A DNA stretch of 31,211 nt from assembly GCA_017609985.1 (NCBI GenBank), contig JAFCCW010000009.1:1-31211 (forward strand), read 5' to 3'. Origin of the DNA: Candidatus Iainarchaeum sp. GTDB lineage: Archaea > Iainarchaeota > Iainarchaeia > Iainarchaeales > JAFCCW01. Positions within the stretch are counted from its first letter, which is position 1. Every line of letters begins with the position of its first letter. Position numbers and translations under genes: made by a program. Below, piece after piece: positions 26,491 to 31,211 of the stretch. The notes beneath the pieces are model-generated. The model searched no databases, was not told where the DNA came from, and saw only the letters and a program-made list of their open reading frames with translations.

Positions 26491-27978
26491 ATGAATTTTG
26501 AAAGAACAGCAAAAGCACTCAGCGAAATTGAAAGAAAAACATTGGAAGTTTTAGCTGATGAAAAAGAAAAAGGAATTTTGGATATTTCAAAAGAAAGTGA
26601 GCTCGACAAAGACTCTGTGAGAAGAGCAGTTGGCTGGCTCGCAGAAAAAAAACTAATCGAGTTGAAAGAAAACAAAGCAGAAAATCTTGTTCTATCCCCC
26701 AAAGGGAAAGAAGCTTTTGAAAAAGGACTTCCAGAACAAAGAATGATGAAAGCACTTCACAAACTTGGAAGCAAAGCAGGTTTTGGAAAAGTGATGAAAG
26801 AAGCATGTTTGGAAAAAACAGAATTTAATGCAGCACTTGGAAAAAACAAGAGAAAAGCTTTTGTCTTCATAATTAAAGAAAAAGAACCAATGATTGAACT
26901 AACCGAAGTCGGATTGGAATTTCTAGAAAAAACACCTGAAGAAAAAATCGTGCTTGACTCAATTGAAAACAAACAGGTCTCAACAGAGACTGCTGAAGAA
27001 AAAGAAACAGAAATAATCACTGAATTAATTGAACGGGGACTTGCGGAAAAAAAAGAAAGCACTGAAAGACTGGCAAGAATAAAAGAAGACGGAAAAAAAG
27101 CAGTTTCTCTGCTTGAAAAATCAGGCGGGAAAAGAGCATACAATATTCACGACCCAGCACCAACAATTTTCATTGGAAAAAAACAACCCTATATTCAGTT
27201 TCTCCAACAAATAAGAAGAAAGCTAACCGAACTCGGATTTAAGGAAATGGAAACCAATTTAATTGAATTAGAATTCTATAATTTTGATGTATTGTTCCAA
27301 CCCCAGAACCATCCTGCAAGAAGCTGGACAGACACTTATCAATTAAAGGGCTTGAAAAAAGGGAATCTGCCTGACAAGAAAATTGTAAAGCTAATAAAGG
27401 AGGCTCATGAATTTGGAGGCAAGACCGGAAGCAAAGGCTGGGGCTATGATTGGAGCGCAGGAATTGCTTCAAGATTGATGCCAGCAGCACACGGAACAGC
27501 AGCAAGCGCTAGACAGCTGGTTAAGGGAGTTGAAGTTCCAGGAAAATATTTTGCAGTTGCAAGATGTTACAGACCAGATGTTATTGATGCAACACACTTA
27601 AGCGAATTCAACCAGATGGAAGGATTTATTGTAGACAAATCATTCAACTTCAGACACTTGCTTGGAATGCTGAAACAGTTTGCAGTAGAGATTGCCGGAG
27701 CAGAAGACGTCAAGTTTTATCCAGACTATTATCCGTTTACAGAGCCAAGCGTTCAGCTAAGCGCAAAGCATCCTCAACTTGGGTGGATAGAATTCGGAGG
27801 CGCAGGAATCTTCAGACCAGAAATGACAGAGCAACTTGGAATTGAAGGAAAATGCCTCGCATGGGGCCTTGGGATTGACAGACTGGCAATGTTCAAGCTC
27901 GGAATAAAAGACATAAGGCACTTGTTTAGTTCCTCTCTAAACTGGTTGAGAGAAGAACCATTGGTGAACATGGAGTGA
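26491..27978 (+). CDS. pheS: Phenylalanine--tRNA ligase alpha subunit
   Basis: N-terminal winged helices, NFDVLFQPQNHPAR, RCYRPD..DATHLSEFNQ, YYPFTEPS, GAGIFRPE, AWGLGIDR. Confidence 0.97.
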   Translation: MNFERTAKALSEIERKTLEVLADEKEKGILDISKESELDKDSVRRAVGWLAEKKLIELKENKAENLVLSPKGKEAFEKGLPEQRMMKALHKLGSKAGFGKVMKEACLEKTEFNAALGKNKRKAFVFIIKEKEPMIELTEVGLEFLEKTPEEKIVLDSIENKQVSTETAEEKETEIITELIERGLAEKKESTERLARIKEDGKKAVSLLEKSGGKRAYNIHDPAPTIFIGKKQPYIQFLQQIRRKLTELGFKEMETNLIELEFYNFDVLFQPQNHPARSWTDTYQLKGLKKGNLPDKKIVKLIKEAHEFGGKTGSKGWGYDWSAGIASRLMPAAHGTAASARQLVKGVEVPGKYFAVARCYRPDVIDATHLSEFNQMEGFIVDKSFNFRHLLGMLKQFAVEIAGAEDVKFYPDYYPFTEPSVQLSAKHPQLGWIEFGGAGIFRPEMTEQLGIEGKCLAWGLGIDRLAMFKLGIKDIRHLFSSSLNWLREEPLVNME

Positions 27979-27983
27979 TTAAA

Positions 27984-29627
27984 ATGCCAACGCTTGAAGC
28001 AAACAAAAAAGACCTGGAAACGCTTATAGGAAAGAAATTCAAGTCAAGAGCAGAACTTGAAGAAGCTTTAATGTATGCAAAGGCAGAGCTTGACGGGCTG
28101 GAAGGAGATGAACTAAAGATTGACGTCAAAGACACAAACCGGCCAGACTTATGGAGCATCGAAGGAATAGCGAGAGAAATAAAAGGAAGAATTGGAAAAG
28201 AAAAAGGAATTCCTGTTTACAAAGTGGGAAAAAGCAAAGTAAAGGCAAAAATTGAGAAAGGACTGGAAAATATAAGGCCGAAAGCAGCTTACGCAGTAGC
28301 AAAAAATATCATGGTTACGGATGAACTGATAAGACAGATGGTTCAATTACAGGAAAAAATCTGCCAGAGCTTTGGCGGAAAAAGAGAGCAGGTGGCAATA
28401 GGAATATTTGATTTTGACAAGATAAAGGGAAATGTGCGATACTATGCGGCAGACCCTGAATTTGAATTTGTTCCTCTTGGATACAGAGTTAAAATGAACC
28501 TAGCAGAGATTCTCGAAGAGCATCCTAAAGGAATAGAGTATGGAAAACTGCTCAAAAAGTTCAAGAAATATCCTCTGCTTGTAGATGAAGAAGAAGGTGT
28601 TCTTAGTATGCCTCCAATCATCAATTCAGAGGAAAGCGGAAAAATAACTGAAAAAACAAGAAATTTGTTTATTGACATAACCGGCTTTGATCAAGAAAAA
28701 ATAAACGTGGCCTTGAGAATTGTGTGCTGTGCTCTTGCAGACAGAGGAGCAAAAATTGAAAGCGTTGAACTACAGTATCCAAACGGGAAAAAACTTGTTA
28801 CTCCGAATTTCAAGAATAAAAAATTTAAGATAAGAAAAGAATATGCCGGGGAATTAAGCGGACTTGACAAGACAGACAAACAGTTTGAGACTTTGTTAAA
28901 ACAAGCCAGATACAATGTGAAAAACAATGGAGTAAATTTTGAGATAGAATATCCTTCGTACAGACAAGACATTCTGCACGAAGTTGATGTCATAGAAGAC
29001 ATAATTATTTCAGAGGGATTTAATTCAATTGAACCAGCTACAGTCAGCGTCTCAACAATTGGAAATGAATTATGTGAAGTAAAAGACAATGATGTTTTAA
29101 GAGACTGTTGTATTGGAATCGGGTTACAAGAAGTTCTTACTTTTACACTTACTTCCAGAGAAAAACAGGAAAGAAAAATGTGCACGGAAGAACAAAATTT
29201 TGTTGAAATAGAAAACCCTGTTTCAGAAAACTGGAGTGTTTACAGAAAATCAATTCTTCCAGAGCTTTTGGAATTCCTGGGGATGAACAAACACGCAGTT
29301 TATCCTCAAAGAATTTTTGAAATCGGAAAAACCGTGCATTTCAACAAAAAATCAGACACAGGAGTTACAGAAAAAAACAAGCTGTGCTTAGTGCTTGCTT
29401 CAAGAGAAGCAAACTTCACACACGCAAAAAGCGCTTTGCAAGCAGTCTGCAATGCAAGAAAATGGAAATTTTCCCTGACTGAAAAAGATGATCCGCGATT
29501 CGAAAAAGGAAGATGCGCAGAAATAAGCATCGGCAAGAGAAAAGGAATAGTTGGAGAAATAAACAAAAAAGTTCTCAGCAACTTCGGAATTGAAATGCCT
29601 GTTGCAGCGGTAGAGATAGAACTCTGA
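27984..29627 (+). CDS. pheT: Phenylalanine--tRNA ligase beta subunit
   Basis: MPTLE start, DTNRPDLWSIEG, LSMPPIINS, YRQDILHEVDVIED, IENPVSE, PQRIFEIG. Confidence 0.97.
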   Translation: MPTLEANKKDLETLIGKKFKSRAELEEALMYAKAELDGLEGDELKIDVKDTNRPDLWSIEGIAREIKGRIGKEKGIPVYKVGKSKVKAKIEKGLENIRPKAAYAVAKNIMVTDELIRQMVQLQEKICQSFGGKREQVAIGIFDFDKIKGNVRYYAADPEFEFVPLGYRVKMNLAEILEEHPKGIEYGKLLKKFKKYPLLVDEEEGVLSMPPIINSEESGKITEKTRNLFIDITGFDQEKINVALRIVCCALADRGAKIESVELQYPNGKKLVTPNFKNKKFKIRKEYAGELSGLDKTDKQFETLLKQARYNVKNNGVNFEIEYPSYRQDILHEVDVIEDIIISEGFNSIEPATVSVSTIGNELCEVKDNDVLRDCCIGIGLQEVLTFTLTSREKQERKMCTEEQNFVEIENPVSENWSVYRKSILPELLEFLGMNKHAVYPQRIFEIGKTVHFNKKSDTGVTEKNKLCLVLASREANFTHAKSALQAVCNARKWKFSLTEKDDPRFEKGRCAEISIGKRKGIVGEINKKVLSNFGIEMPVAAVEIEL

Positions 29628-31082
29628 TTAAAAAAGAGTTGTCTGATTTTTTTGTTCTTCAGAACCTATGTTTTCATCCTTTTCACCATTCTTTGATTCA
29701 GCGTCTTCTTTAACGATTTCAATAGACTGCTTTTCAAAATCAGTCAAAGAGGATTCTTCAACTGCAGCCAAAGGCTTTCTCTTTGCAGCAATCTGGTCAG
29801 CAATTAATTGCCGAGCTTGCTCCACTGTCTTTTGAACCTTTTTGGTTTCAGGCTTACTGCCCATTAAAAAAGCAACTTCTTTTTCATCAAGAGAGAATGC
29901 TGCTGCAAGCTGAACAGCTTTTTCTTTGTCTTTGAAAAGCATTTTGAAAAAAACAAGGTCTTCAGAAATAACTGTACGCGAACTAGAATGAGTTTTTTTT
30001 CCGATTTTTTTTGCAATCGCCTGCTTGAAGTGTCTCTTAGACATGTTTGAAGAAAGTTTTCTTAGAATGCCCGGAAACTGGTATCTAGACCAACCAGCGT
30101 ACTCGCGAGAACGAGAAAGTGAAACACCAGTAGTGGATAATTCAGAACTGTAACGACGCAATCCATAATATTGTTTTCTAAAAATTCTCCCCTCAAATCT
30201 GTCGGCCCTGCTGAGCATATCAAAAGCTCTTGCAATGTCTTCCTGTTCAGAGAACTCTATTGGAATGTTTTCCTCAAACCATTTTGAAAGCATTCCTGCA
30301 TCAAGGTCTGATTTGAATCTTGCTTCACGAGCTTCTTTGAAAGTTTTTGCCCTAAAAATTTTCCCCATTGTTTTGAAAATATCTTCTTCTCGTTCACGAA
30401 AACCAAGAGAAGCAACAGAATCAATCGAGATGCTTTTGCTTACTGCAAGTGACTGTGTGTCAAGCAATGCTGCTCTAAAGTCACCGCCTGAATCCTTCGC
30501 AAGCTCTTTTACTGCGTCTTCATCATAGACAATTTGCCCAGTGCCAAGAAGTTCCCTTAATCTTTTTGCAATACTCAGATAATTTATTTTCTTAAACTGC
30601 AAAGTTTCCGAAGAAGCGCGAAGAGCAGCAAACGTGTTTCTAAGAGAACCCTGCGGATACAAATCATTCGCAGTTAAGATTATTGGCTGTCGAGCTTCTT
30701 TCATAATCTTTACAAGAGCTGCCCCCCCTCCTGAATCAGACCTTCCTTGTATTCCATCAACTTCGTCAATCAAGACCAGTCTTCGCTTGCCAGAAAAAGA
30801 AGAAAACTGTGAAGCAGAACCAGCAACTTTTTCAATGATGTCTTTTGTACGAAAGTCAGAAGCATTCAATTCAAACAAATCCCAGCCATTGAGTTGAGCT
30901 GTAAGAATTGCAAGGCAAGTCTTGCCAGCTCCAGAGTGGCCATGGAAGAGAAGAGGTTTTTGTTTTTCTCCAGAATTCCAGGCAGAAGACCATTTTTTAA
31001 CAAAATCAACTATCTCGGTGTTGCCGATGAATTCCTCAAAGGAAGAAGGAAAAAACTTGTCAGTCCAGAGGCTTGATTGCAT
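29628..31082 (-). CDS. rfcL: Replication factor C large subunit
   Basis: WTDKFFP, GHSGAGKT, ELNASDFR, IDEVDG, PIILTAND, GDFRAA, LSRADRF and C-terminal PIP-like QTTLF. Start ATG 31082. Confidence 0.95.
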   Translation of the reverse strand: MQSSLWTDKFFPSSFEEFIGNTEIVDFVKKWSSAWNSGEKQKPLLFHGHSGAGKTCLAILTAQLNGWDLFELNASDFRTKDIIEKVAGSASQFSSFSGKRRLVLIDEVDGIQGRSDSGGGAALVKIMKEARQPIILTANDLYPQGSLRNTFAALRASSETLQFKKINYLSIAKRLRELLGTGQIVYDEDAVKELAKDSGGDFRAALLDTQSLAVSKSISIDSVASLGFREREEDIFKTMGKIFRAKTFKEAREARFKSDLDAGMLSKWFEENIPIEFSEQEDIARAFDMLSRADRFEGRIFRKQYYGLRRYSSELSTTGVSLSRSREYAGWSRYQFPGILRKLSSNMSKRHFKQAIAKKIGKKTHSSSRTVISEDLVFFKMLFKDKEKAVQLAAAFSLDEKEVAFLMGSKPETKKVQKTVEQARQLIADQIAAKRKPLAAVEESSLTDFEKQSIEIVKEDAESKNGEKDENIGSEEQKNQTTLF

Positions 31083-31211
31083 AGAAAGAAATTGAACCAA
31101 AACCAATAAAATGAGTTTGAGGTGAAATTAAATAATGCAAATTGGAGTTGTTGGGATTAATTCTTAATTTCTAGTCAAATCACCCAAACTTCACAGGAAA
31201 CCCACTGTTTC

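Noticed and set aside
31185-31211. Possible ORB-like origin box, hairpin or gene end (ETVGFL*) at the window edge
   Set aside because: Single weak match truncated by the window boundary, with no cdc6/orc1 gene in view.
1-31211. tRNA, rRNA, CRISPR array, integrase
   Set aside because: Intergenic gaps are short and AT-rich with no cloverleaf or repeat-spacer pattern, and no recombinase motifs were recognised.

Overview
Compact archaeal chromosomal segment. A DPANN lineage of the Iainarchaeota/Micrarchaeota type is inferred from the gene set and the separate PriS/PriL, but is not confirmed. Most of the window is housekeeping: a rearranged replication-translation cluster (csl4, rpoL, signal peptidase, PCNA, second PCNA, priL, priS, GINS, rps27e, aIF2-alpha, PAC2), plus EndoQ, LonB, RNase Z, pheS/pheT, RFC-L and several membrane proteins. 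The most unusual part is the ~4 kb between the two PCNA paralogues. It holds (i) an integrase-less AbrB/PIN toxin-antitoxin cassette flanked by a perfect 27-bp duplication of the PCNA 3' end, followed by a third, synonymously recoded copy of the last PCNA codons; (ii) a frameshifted GNAT gene; and (iii) a bacterial-type panB-panC-type II PanK operon. A second orphan enzyme gene (Pol-beta nucleotidyltransferase) is also broken at a poly-A tract. No tRNA, rRNA, CRISPR array, integrase or transposase was recognised.
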